A stretch of DNA of 64,000 nucleotides from Flavobacteriales bacterium (GCA_002718035.1 PBCX01000005.1:30359-94358); one strand, 5' to 3'; shown: positions 30,307 through 39,362, counted from the stretch's first letter. Numbers and translations: made by a program. The notes: generated by a model from the sequence alone, not told the origin.

Positions 30307-30876
30307 TTAAATTTTAGTTAAATCTTTTGATGCAGAAACCAATTCCTCATACCATCTTTTTCCAAATTTCCTGATTAGTGAATCTTTTAAAAATACAAAT
30401 AAAGGTGTTTTAAGTTTTTCACCTAACTCACATCCACTATTGCAAATGCTCCAATGTTCATACTCAAGCTTTTCAAATAATTTAGTCTTTTTTATTCTTA
30501 TTGGATATAGATGGCATGAAATGGGTTTTTTAAATTTAATGTCACCGTTATTATAGGTTTCTTCAAATGCACATTTAGTTACTTCATTTTCTTTAAAAGA
30601 GTACACACATTCTTTGCCATTATTGAGAGGTGTTTCAATTTCCCCATTTTCTAAAAATGTAAATAACCCATTTTTTTTAATTATTTCTTTGTTTTTGAAA
30701 GAAAGTTTATTTTTAATAGCGTGAAAGACGTTTTTAATTTCATTAATTTCTTTCTTTTCTAGAGGAGCCCCGCCTTCTCCTTCTACACAACAAGCACCTT
30801 TACATTTTTTTAGGTTACAAACAAATTCTTTTTCAAAAATCTGCTTACTTACTATTTTATTTTGAATAAAAATCAT
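30307..30876 (-). CDS. DUF3109 cysteine-rich (YkgJ/UPF0153-like putative metal-binding) protein
   Basis: 189 aa. CNLKKCKGACCVEGEGGAPL and ISCHLYPIR motifs. Confidence 0.55.
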   Translation of the reverse strand: MIFIQNKIVSKQIFEKEFVCNLKKCKGACCVEGEGGAPLEKKEINEIKNVFHAIKNKLSFKNKEIIKKNGLFTFLENGEIETPLNNGKECVYSFKENEVTKCAFEETYNNGDIKFKKPISCHLYPIRIKKTKLFEKLEYEHWSICNSGCELGEKLKTPLFVFLKDSLIRKFGKRWYEELVSASKDLTKI

Positions 30877-30916
30877 ATTTAAATAATTTCAATAAAAATA
30901 GTAATTCTTTTTTCAT

Positions 30917-30924
30917 TATTTTTG
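30917..30924 (+). promoter_or_regulatory. candidate -7 box TATTTTTG upstream of glyQS
   Basis: Exact TAnnTTTG match ending 8 nt before the GTG start. Confidence 0.2.
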
Positions 30925-30931
30925 GGTTATT

Positions 30932-32455
30932 GTGAATCAGCAAGAACAAACATTAAAAAAAATAATTTCTCATAGCAAGGAATATGGCTTTGTCTTTCCA
31001 TCAAGCGAAATTTACGATGGTCTTTCTGCTTTTTATGACTATGGACCTTTCGGAGTTGAGCTAAAAAACAATATAAAAAATTATTGGTGGAAATCTATGG
31101 TTCAGTATAGAAGTGATGTTGTTGGGATTGACTCATCTATATTTATGCACCCAAAAATTTGGAAAGCATCTGGCCATGTTGATGCATTTAATGATCCTTT
31201 AATTGACAATAAAGATTCAAAAAAAAGATATAGAGCAGATGAGTTAGTTGAATCTCATATTAATAAAATAAAACAAAAGATAAATAAAGAGTTAAAAAAA
31301 GCTGCAAAAAATTTTGGAGACTCATTCGATGAAAAAAAATTTATAAATACATCCCCGAGGGTAACTAAATACAAATCAGAAATACAAACAATTTCAAAAC
31401 AATTGAATGCTTGTTTAGAAAAAGAAGATCTTAAAAGTTTAAAGGAGTTAATTGAAAATTTACAAATAACATGCCCTATTTCAGGTACAAAAAATTGGAC
31501 AGATGTTCGTCAATTTAATTTAATGTTTTCAACTAAAGTTGGATCTGTTTCTCAGGATGCAACTGATTTGTTCTTAAGGCCTGAAACTGCTCAGGGTATT
31601 TTTGTCAATTTTTTAAATGTCCAGAAATCAGCTAGAATGAAAATTCCTTTTGGAATAGCACAAACTGGAAAAGCTTTTAGAAACGAAATTGTCGCTAGAC
31701 AATTTATTTTTCGCATGAGAGAATTTGAACAAATGGAGATGCAGTATTTTGTAAGACCTGGTGAAGAAATAAAGTGGTTTGATTATTGGAAAAATAAAAG
31801 AATAAAGTGGTATAATTCAATCGGAATTTCAGAAAATAATTTAAAATACCATGATCATGAAAAATTAGCCCATTACGCTAATGCAGCGACTGATATAGAA
31901 TTTAAGTTTCCTTTTGGATTTAAGGAAATTGAAGGTATACATTCTAGAACAGATTTCGATTTATCAAGTCATTCTAATGTAACCGGAAAAAAAATTCAGT
32001 ATTTTGATCCAAAAATAAATAAAAATTACACTCCTTATGTAATAGAAACTTCTATAGGTTTAGATAGAATATTTCTAGCAATTTTATGTGAGTCTTTTCA
32101 GGAAGATTTAATTGAAGGAGAAAAAAGAATATATTTACAAATTCCACCTATTTTATCTCCATATAAAGTAGCAATACTACCACTTTTGAAAAAAGATAAT
32201 TTACCTCAAAAGGCCAAAGAAATATATAATATTTTAAGTAAAAACTTTAATTGTTACTATGAAGAAAAAGACTCAATTGGTAAGAGATATAGAAGACAAG
32301 ATGCAATTGGGACACCTTACTGTATAACAATAGATCACGAAACTTTAGAAAATAATACTGTTACTTTTAGATTTAGAGATAGTATGAAGCAAGAAAGAGT
32401 TAATATTGAAAGATTAAAAGAGATTATTCAAAATTATCTATTCCCTCAAGATTAA
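30932..32455 (+). CDS. glyQS: glycine--tRNA ligase (homodimeric type)
   Basis: EYGFVFPSSEIYDGL, LRPETAQGIFVNF and GKAFRNEI motifs. GTG start; no other canonical in-frame start after the upstream stop at 30902. Confidence 0.9.
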   Translation: MNQQEQTLKKIISHSKEYGFVFPSSEIYDGLSAFYDYGPFGVELKNNIKNYWWKSMVQYRSDVVGIDSSIFMHPKIWKASGHVDAFNDPLIDNKDSKKRYRADELVESHINKIKQKINKELKKAAKNFGDSFDEKKFINTSPRVTKYKSEIQTISKQLNACLEKEDLKSLKELIENLQITCPISGTKNWTDVRQFNLMFSTKVGSVSQDATDLFLRPETAQGIFVNFLNVQKSARMKIPFGIAQTGKAFRNEIVARQFIFRMREFEQMEMQYFVRPGEEIKWFDYWKNKRIKWYNSIGISENNLKYHDHEKLAHYANAATDIEFKFPFGFKEIEGIHSRTDFDLSSHSNVTGKKIQYFDPKINKNYTPYVIETSIGLDRIFLAILCESFQEDLIEGEKRIYLQIPPILSPYKVAILPLLKKDNLPQKAKEIYNILSKNFNCYYEEKDSIGKRYRRQDAIGTPYCITIDHETLENNTVTFRFRDSMKQERVNIERLKEIIQNYLFPQD

Positions 32456-32473
32456 TCACATAAAATGATTATA

Positions 32474-32485
32474 TTTTTTTTTTTT
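32474..32485 (+). repeat. T12 homopolymer tract at the 5' end of the serine hydrolase gene
   Basis: Counted directly: 7 T at 32474-32480 plus 5 T at 32481-32485. Confidence 0.95.
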
Positions 32486-32618
32486 AATTCAAGTTTCATT
32501 TTCACAATCTCTTGATGCTAATTTTGAAAAAATTTGTACTGATAATAATATCGTAGGAGGATCCTTAATAGTATCATCTAAAGATTATGATGAAATTGTT
32601 CATTATGGATTTTCAAAT

Positions 32619-33746
32619 TTGAAAAATAAGACCCTCATAAATGATAACTCATTATTTAAGGTTGCATCAATCTCTAAAATTATAACTACTATAGCTGTTT
32701 TAAAATTATACGAAAAAGGACTATTAGATTTAGATGGAAATATTAATGATTATTTAGATTTCTATATAACTAACCCGAATTTTATTAACAAACCAATTAC
32801 AGTAAAGATGTTATTAAATCATACATCTTCTTTGTTAGATATTAATACATCAAATATTTTGAATATCTCCGAATTATTTAATCAAAATAATCTAGAAAAA
32901 ATTTATAGTAAAAAATCACCGGGCTCTTTTTTTTCCTATGCAAATATAAATTTCATACTTTTAGGTGCAATAATTGAAAACATTTCTCAGTACCGATTTG
33001 ATAACTTCATTGAAGAATCAATTTTTAAACCACTAAATATTAATTCAAGTTTTAATTTAGAAAAAATAAACTATAATAATCTAAGTGTTTTATACAGAGA
33101 TGGGGTCCCCCAAATGGATATATATTTTAAACAACCAGTAATTAATTTACAGCCTTATACTTTGGGTCAAAGCACTTATTTGTTATCTCCTCATAGTGGT
33201 TGTAGGATTTCAGCCATAGACTTATTAAAGTTGGTAAAGATATTTTTGAACAATGGAAAATATTATGATGGTGAAAATGAAGTCAAATTACTTAACGAAG
33301 ATACAGTAAAGTTGATCTTAAATCCAACCTGGGAATACGATGGTAAAAATGGAGATAACTTTTCTAACCTCTTTAATAGATGGGGATTAGGTTTACATAT
33401 CATTAGAGGGCAAAAATGTGAAGATATTATTTTTGAAGATAAAGTTTTATATGGCCATATAGGACTTGCTTATGGTTTATTAGCTAGTATATATTTTAAT
33501 GTAGAAGAAAATCAATCAGTTTTGCTATTATTAAATGGATATAAAAATCAAAAATATAAAACAGGGGAAAAAAGTGCTTTTTATAAAGTACAAGAAGAAG
33601 TTTTTAATCTTGCTAATAATTTTATAAATAATAATTATCAAAAAAAAATAAATCTATTGAATTTAGAGTTTGATAAAATAAAAAAAAATTCAATGTTTTA
33701 TTTTAAAAATGATTATGGATATTACTTAAAAAAAGTATTGTTTTGA
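32619..33746 (+). CDS. serine hydrolase, beta-lactamase (class C / PBP4*-like) family; true 5' end probably at ATG 32465 across a frameshift
   Basis: SxxK (ASISK), YxN (YAN) and HIG motifs. The same frame is open upstream to 32469 and encodes conserved domain sequence (DANFEKICTDNNIVGGSLIVSSKD...), so the TTG at 32619 is not the natural start. Confidence 0.75.
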   Translation: MKNKTLINDNSLFKVASISKIITTIAVLKLYEKGLLDLDGNINDYLDFYITNPNFINKPITVKMLLNHTSSLLDINTSNILNISELFNQNNLEKIYSKKSPGSFFSYANINFILLGAIIENISQYRFDNFIEESIFKPLNINSSFNLEKINYNNLSVLYRDGVPQMDIYFKQPVINLQPYTLGQSTYLLSPHSGCRISAIDLLKLVKIFLNNGKYYDGENEVKLLNEDTVKLILNPTWEYDGKNGDNFSNLFNRWGLGLHIIRGQKCEDIIFEDKVLYGHIGLAYGLLASIYFNVEENQSVLLLLNGYKNQKYKTGEKSAFYKVQEEVFNLANNFINNNYQKKINLLNLEFDKIKKNSMFYFKNDYGYYLKKVLF

Positions 33747-33771
33747 TATGTAAGAAGATCAAAACAATACT
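33728..33771 (-). terminator. intrinsic terminator hairpin (14-bp perfect stem) read on the minus strand, followed by T7
   Basis: AGTATTGTTTTGAT (33734-33747) pairs with ATCAAAACAATACT (33758-33771) across a 10-nt loop. The A7 run at 33728-33734 is the T-tail on the minus strand. The left arm covers the TGA stop (33744-33746) of the hydrolase gene. Confidence 0.5.
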
Positions 33772-33804
33772 AAAAAAAATCTCACTTATTAAAGTGAGAT
33801 TTTT
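33772..33804. terminator. bidirectional intrinsic terminator (A-tract, 7-bp stem CTCACTT/AAGTGAG, T-tract)
   Basis: AAAAAAAAT-CTCACTT-ATTA-AAGTGAG-ATTTTT. It lies between the convergent hydrolase gene and tRNA-Phe and can serve both. Confidence 0.65.
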
Positions 33805-33807
33805 CAG

Positions 33808-33880
33808 TGGTACCACCAGGAATCGAACCAGGGACACAAGGATTTTCAGTCCTTTGCTCTACCAACTGAGCTATGGTACC
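33808..33880 (-). tRNA. tRNA-Phe (anticodon GAA)
   Basis: The reverse complement reads GGTACCA-TA-GCTC-AGTTGGTA-GAGC-A-AAGGA-CTGAAAA-TCCTT-GTGTC-CCTGG-TTCGATT-CCTGG-TGGTACC-A. Cloverleaf folded by hand, 73 nt, CCA not encoded. Confidence 0.9.
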
Positions 33881-33972
33881 AATTAAACTGTTTCAAATAT
33901 ATAATAATATTTAGAATAAATTATATAATATGAATTCTTAAATTTAGTTAATTTAATACTAGTTCTATTTAT

Positions 33973-34701
33973 ATGAATATTATAATCGACATAGGAAATA
34001 CAAATATTAAATTAGGATTTTTTAAAAATAATATTTTAATAAAAAAACTTATTATCAACTTAGGTATTAAAAATTATCTCAAAAATTTGTCAGTTAATCA
34101 AAAGGAGATAGAAATAGTATTTATTTGTGGAGTAAACACTAAAGTTATTGAAGAGTTAAAAATATTTTTTAAAAATTATGACTGTAAATTAATTTTTTGG
34201 GCTGATATAAATAAAAATATTATTGAGAGTGAGTACATTAAATTTAATACTTTAGGTTTTGATAGATTAGCAAATGCAGTAGCTGCGATTAATTTTTTTG
34301 CAAATTTTAAAAATCACTTAGTGATAGATCTAGGTACTTGTATTACATATGATATAATAATAGATAAAGTTTATAAAGGTGGGCAAATAAGCCCTGGTTT
34401 AGGTTTAAGATTTAATTCATTAGATTTTCTCACTAAAAAGTCATTAGATTTTAAAAATTTAGAACCTAAATTATTAGGTAAATCTACAGATGATTGTGTC
34501 CAATCTGGAGTTTATTTTGGGATTTTAGGTGAAATAAATAACAGGATAAATTATTATAATTCTAATTTAAAAGATCTAAATGTAATCTTAACAGGTGGAG
34601 ACTCTATTTATTTTAAAAAATTAGTTAAAAATGTCATATTTGATCAAAACTTATTATTGAAAGGTTTAAATTTGTTACTAAATAAAAATGAAGAAAATTA
34701 A
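33973..34701 (+). CDS. coaX: type III pantothenate kinase
   Basis: IIDIGNTNIK, GFDRLANAVAA and ILTGGDS motifs. Confidence 0.85.
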   Translation: MNIIIDIGNTNIKLGFFKNNILIKKLIINLGIKNYLKNLSVNQKEIEIVFICGVNTKVIEELKIFFKNYDCKLIFWADINKNIIESEYIKFNTLGFDRLANAVAAINFFANFKNHLVIDLGTCITYDIIIDKVYKGGQISPGLGLRFNSLDFLTKKSLDFKNLEPKLLGKSTDDCVQSGVYFGILGEINNRINYYNSNLKDLNVILTGGDSIYFKKLVKNVIFDQNLLLKGLNLLLNKNEEN

Positions 34702-35992
34702 AATATATACAATACTTCTATTATTTACAAGTATTTCTTTTTCTCAAATAAATACAAATTCTCCATATTCCTTTTATGGTGTGGGACAAATTTATCCAAT
34801 TGGTTTTTCTCAAAATTTTTCAATGAGTGGTCTGTCAAATGCTGTAATTGATAATCATCATTTAAATTTTCAAAATCCCGCATCCCTTTCATTTTTAACC
34901 ATTACCTCAGTTGAACTTGGTTTTAATTTGAGTCAAATTAATATGCAACAGGGAGGGTTGAATAAATCCAATACTTTTAGCAATATTCTAGGTTTTGGTA
35001 TGGGTTTTCCTATATCACAAAAAACATCATTGGCAATTTCATTTCGACCATTTAGTTCTATTGGATATGAAATTGAATATGCTGAGCCTCAGATCAATGA
35101 TAAAATAAACTCAGGAGATTTGACATATAATTTCTCAGGAAACGGTGGCTTGAATAAAGCAACCATTTCCGGATCACATAAATTTTCATTAAACTCAAAT
35201 TTTACTATTTCTGCAGGTCTTAATTTAAATTATTTTTTTGGCACAATTTCTAAAGTTAATTTAATAGAGTTTCAATCTGATGATTTTGTCAATTATAGGG
35301 AAAACACATCTAGTTATATTAGAGATTTTCAATTAAATTATGGACTTATAATTGATAGAAAAATTAATAACAAAAACATTGCCTTGGGTTTAATTTATTC
35401 TCCACAAACCAATCTTGCCTCCAGTCAAGACATTTTCGCTAATACTTACACTTTATTAGGGTCATCGGAATCATTAAGGGATACAATTAAAGATGTAAAT
35501 GAGCAAAATGGTTACATGCAATTTCCAAATTTTATAAATGCTGGTTTAAATATATACAATGCTAATACATGGTTATTAGGAATTGATTATAATTTTACAA
35601 ATTGGAAAAATTATAAATTATTTAATAGCTCCTTTAGTTATATTGAAAATTTAAATGAATTTATAATCGGTGGTTATTTTGTGCCAAAATTTGATGATAT
35701 ACATAATTATTGGAATAGAGTTCAATATCGTTTTGGTGTTTCATATTCTACTGGCTATTTGAATTTAAGTTCAATTCAAAATATCGATTCAGGCAACGAA
35801 TTGTTAAGAGATTTAAAATTTAGTATAGGATTTGGAATGCCGATACCAAAAAACATTAGTCAACTAAACTTTGGTATTCAATTTGGAAAAAGAGGATCTT
35901 CAGATAGCTCGTTGGTTGATGAAAAATATATTAATTTTATCTTTTCCATGACGTTTAATGATAAGTGGTTTAAAAAACGAAAAATAGAATAA
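34688..35992 (+). CDS. putative outer-membrane beta-barrel protein (uncharacterised family)
   Basis: Signal peptide ending SFSQ, NSPYSFYGVGQ N-terminal motif, alternating-hydrophobicity strands rich in G/Y/N/S, aromatic-rich C-terminal region. Confidence 0.4.
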   Translation: MKKIKIYTILLLFTSISFSQINTNSPYSFYGVGQIYPIGFSQNFSMSGLSNAVIDNHHLNFQNPASLSFLTITSVELGFNLSQINMQQGGLNKSNTFSNILGFGMGFPISQKTSLAISFRPFSSIGYEIEYAEPQINDKINSGDLTYNFSGNGGLNKATISGSHKFSLNSNFTISAGLNLNYFFGTISKVNLIEFQSDDFVNYRENTSSYIRDFQLNYGLIIDRKINNKNIALGLIYSPQTNLASSQDIFANTYTLLGSSESLRDTIKDVNEQNGYMQFPNFINAGLNIYNANTWLLGIDYNFTNWKNYKLFNSSFSYIENLNEFIIGGYFVPKFDDIHNYWNRVQYRFGVSYSTGYLNLSSIQNIDSGNELLRDLKFSIGFGMPIPKNISQLNFGIQFGKRGSSDSSLVDEKYINFIFSMTFNDKWFKKRKIE

Positions 35993-35994
35993 CA

Positions 35995-37467
35995 ATGAAA
36001 TTTATAAAACATATAATAATATTCACTTTTAATTTTGCGTTTCTTAGCGCTCAATGTAATGACCTAACGTACGGTTGTGATACTGTTACCACAAATAATA
36101 ATTTAAGTAACTACACTGAGTATTATAAACAAAAAAGTTTTAAAGATGCCTTTAGCCCATGGAAATGGCTTGTAGAGAATGCGCCAAAGAGAACCAAAAA
36201 TTTATATATACATGGTCCTAAAATATTAAAAGGTTTAATTGATCAAACAGAAGATTTGGTTAGAAAGAAAGAACTTATTGACTTATTAATAAATATCTAT
36301 GAAGTTAGACTAAATAATTACCCTGGAAAAGAAGGTTACGTTTTAGCACTCAAAGGAAAGGATATGTATAAATATAAATCCGAAACAATTGGTGAGTTAA
36401 AAGAATGTAGATCAGTTTTAAGTAAATCATTCGAAATAGATGGTTTAAATAGTACCGCTACTACAATTAATTATTACTTTAATGTTTCTCTAAAGTTATT
36501 TCAAAAAGATGAGTTAGACAAGCAGGAACTAATGACTCTTTTTTCGGATGTTTCTGAAGTCGTCGATTACAGATCGGTGAGTATTTCCCAAGAAATTTTC
36601 AAATTTGAATCCGATAGTGCAAGACAATTAACTTCTAAAGAAAAAAAACAATTATCAAAATTAAATTCTGAGCTTGAAAGAATTAATAAAGCTAAGATCA
36701 GTGTGAATAAAAATTTTGAAAAAATTATAACAAGTTGTGATCAATTAATAGCTTTATATGAAGGATTTGATAGATTTGAAATAAGTCAGGAATGGAATAA
36801 TAGAAAAGAAAAATATGATAAAACGTACACAAAATTTATTACAAGCGGAGATTCTGAAAAAGACCTTAAATGGTTAAACAGAACAGCTGAAATTTTTATA
36901 AAAAAGGAATGTATGGACAGTGAATTTTATCTACAAGTTGTTACTCTTTTACATGAATTAAATCCTACGTCAGAATCTGCTTTTAAAATGGGAAAAAGGT
37001 TGTATTCAAAAAAAGAATTTTCTGACGCAATTACCTATTTTAAAGAAGCATATGACAACGAACAGTCTGAAAATATTAACAAAGCAAAATATGCGTATTA
37101 TACTGCGGCCGCTTCTGCACTTGTCGGTAGTTACTCAAATGCTAGATCTTATGCTCTTAAAGCATTAAATTTTAGAAATAATTGGGGTGATCCATATATT
37201 TTGATTGGAAAATTGTATGCACAAACAGCTTCAAAATGTGGAAATGATCCCGCTACTAAAAAAGCTGGGTATTGGGCTGCAATTGAAAAATTTAAGCGAG
37301 CAAAGAGTATTGATAAGTCTTCAGAAAAAGAAGCTAACAAATTAATTTCAGACTATAATAAACGAGTACCCACTAAAAGTTTATGGAGGGATAATATAGA
37401 TAATCCTGATTCAAAAACATATAAAATTGATTGTTGGTATTCGGAAACAGTCAATGTGCGGTTTTGA
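35995..37467 (+). CDS. secreted TPR-like helical repeat protein, function unknown
   Basis: Signal peptide (FAFLSAQC). Helical repeats with A/Y-rich TPR-like segments (FSDAITYFKEAYD, YSNARSYALKAL). Confidence 0.4.
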   Translation: MKFIKHIIIFTFNFAFLSAQCNDLTYGCDTVTTNNNLSNYTEYYKQKSFKDAFSPWKWLVENAPKRTKNLYIHGPKILKGLIDQTEDLVRKKELIDLLINIYEVRLNNYPGKEGYVLALKGKDMYKYKSETIGELKECRSVLSKSFEIDGLNSTATTINYYFNVSLKLFQKDELDKQELMTLFSDVSEVVDYRSVSISQEIFKFESDSARQLTSKEKKQLSKLNSELERINKAKISVNKNFEKIITSCDQLIALYEGFDRFEISQEWNNRKEKYDKTYTKFITSGDSEKDLKWLNRTAEIFIKKECMDSEFYLQVVTLLHELNPTSESAFKMGKRLYSKKEFSDAITYFKEAYDNEQSENINKAKYAYYTAAASALVGSYSNARSYALKALNFRNNWGDPYILIGKLYAQTASKCGNDPATKKAGYWAAIEKFKRAKSIDKSSEKEANKLISDYNKRVPTKSLWRDNIDNPDSKTYKIDCWYSETVNVRF

Positions 37468-38075
37468 AAAAGTTTTTAATTTTAATTTTTTCATTATCAT
37501 CCTGTTTAGACAACACTATAAGTTATGATTTCTTGAATATTGAACAAGATAGTTTAGAAAAGGCGAAAAATATTGAAATGACTTTTTTTGCAGATGGTAT
37601 TAAAAATTTCGTAATAACAACTGAAAATATGCAGTCTTTCATTAATTATTCATCAAAAAAAGATTACACTCAAATTTGTATGGGTGATTCAATATTAAAT
37701 GACTTCAATTTTTCTTACATACTCAAAGATACTTTAAGAAGTGTTTCAATCTTTTCTGACTCTGTTCTAATTATGAATTATAACAAATTAGGAGATTCTA
37801 TTTTTGAAATCCAATCAGATGAGTTAGTGAATTATGTTAACGAGGAAATAGTTGAGTTAACAAATAATGTAAAACTTAAAAATTATGAAAATTTCATTTT
37901 AGAAACAGACAAGTTATTTTGGAACACTGATAAAAAAAAATTATTGTCTTATGATTCAGTTACTATAAAGTTAGAAGATAAAATAATAAATGGTTGTGGA
38001 TTTTACTCTGATCATAATTTTGAAAATTATAAAATCTTTAATATAAGTGGTGTTATAAATATTGAGTCTGATTAA
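37464..38075 (+). CDS. lptC: LptC-like periplasmic lipoprotein
   Basis: Probable TTG start at 37464 gives MKKFLILIFSLSSC with a lipobox Cys. The ORF-track start at 37431 would overlap the upstream gene. The beta-jellyroll-like C-terminal half (LETDKLFWNTDKKKLLSYDSVTIK...INGCGFYSD) resembles Bacteroidota LptC. Confidence 0.5.
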   Translation: MKKFLILIFSLSSCLDNTISYDFLNIEQDSLEKAKNIEMTFFADGIKNFVITTENMQSFINYSSKKDYTQICMGDSILNDFNFSYILKDTLRSVSIFSDSVLIMNYNKLGDSIFEIQSDELVNYVNEEIVELTNNVKLKNYENFILETDKLFWNTDKKKLLSYDSVTIKLEDKIINGCGFYSDHNFENYKIFNISGVINIESD

Positions 38076-38085
38076 TTTTTGAGCT

Positions 38086-39330
38086 ATGATATTAACTATT
38101 ATTTTTATTTCATTATTTTTTTCTGCATTTTTTTCAGGAATGGAAATAGCTTTTTTTTCTTCAAATAAGTTAAAAATTGCTTTAGATAGGGAAAGTGGTA
38201 CTCGTTCGGAAAAAATTATTTATAATTTTTTAAATAATCAATCAAGTTTTATTACTACGATGTTAATTGGAAATAATATAGCTCTAGTAATCTATGGTTT
38301 ATTTATGGCACAGTTACTAAACAAACCCCTTTCCAACATAATTCAAAATCAAGTATTAATTGCTTTTTGTGAAATAGTTTTATCCTCTATTTTAGTGTTA
38401 ATTATAGCGGAATTTATTCCAAAAGCAATATTTTCAACCCTATCAAATAGAATGCTTAAAGTCTTTGCAATCCCTGCCTTTTTAATGTATAGAGTATTAA
38501 CACCTATTGTTTATATTGTTACATCTTTATCAAGTTTTGTTTTAACTATTTTAGGAATTAATTACTCAGAAAGGAAAATAAATTTCAACAGATTAGATTT
38601 AGATGATTATTTAGAAAAACACTACAATGAAAATCAAGAGGAGATTAATCCTGAGGTTGAAATTTTAAAAAATGCATTAGATTTTTCAAAAATAATGGTA
38701 AGAGATTGTATGATTCCGCGAACAGATATAATTAGTATGGATGTTGATGGAAATATGGACGATTTAAAAGAAAGTTTTTTTAAATCAGGGCATTCTAAAA
38801 TAATTATTTATAAGAATAGTATTGACACTATCTTGGGCTATGTACACTCATATGAATTGTTTAAAAAACCCACTCAAATTAAAGATATGTTATTACCAAT
38901 TTCTTTTGTTCCAGAAAGTATGAGAGTTCAAAAAGTTTTGGATCAATTATTAAAAGATAGAAGAAGTATTGCAGTAGTTTTAGATGAATATGGTGGCACC
39001 TCAGGTATTATTTGTTTAGAAGATATAGTTGAGCAGCTGTTTGGTGAAATCCATGATGAACATGATATTGAGGATAAAGTCGAAAAAAAAATATCAGAAA
39101 ATAAAATTAAGTTATCTGCAAAAATTAAGGTTAGTTATTTAAATGAAAAGTACAATCTTAATTTACCAGACTCATCTGAGTATGAGACCTTAGGGGGGCT
39201 GATACTATCATCAATTAGTAAAATGCCTGAAAAAAATCAAGAAATAGAAATTGGAAACTATATTTTTTTGGTAACAAAAGTTAATGATAACTTTATAGAG
39301 GAAGTAATACTTATTTTAAATCATAAATAA
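38086..39330 (+). CDS. CNNM/DUF21-CBS-CorC family (hemolysin-like, GldE-related) membrane protein
   Basis: N-terminal DUF21 TM domain (FFSGMEIAFFSSNK), CBS pair (VRDCMIPRTDI...), CorC_HlyC C-terminal domain. Confidence 0.8.
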   Translation: MILTIIFISLFFSAFFSGMEIAFFSSNKLKIALDRESGTRSEKIIYNFLNNQSSFITTMLIGNNIALVIYGLFMAQLLNKPLSNIIQNQVLIAFCEIVLSSILVLIIAEFIPKAIFSTLSNRMLKVFAIPAFLMYRVLTPIVYIVTSLSSFVLTILGINYSERKINFNRLDLDDYLEKHYNENQEEINPEVEILKNALDFSKIMVRDCMIPRTDIISMDVDGNMDDLKESFFKSGHSKIIIYKNSIDTILGYVHSYELFKKPTQIKDMLLPISFVPESMRVQKVLDQLLKDRRSIAVVLDEYGGTSGIICLEDIVEQLFGEIHDEHDIEDKVEKKISENKIKLSAKIKVSYLNEKYNLNLPDSSEYETLGGLILSSISKMPEKNQEIEIGNYIFLVTKVNDNFIEEVILILNHK

Positions 39331-39362
39331 ATTGTATATTCGTATCCCCAAAATATATTTTT

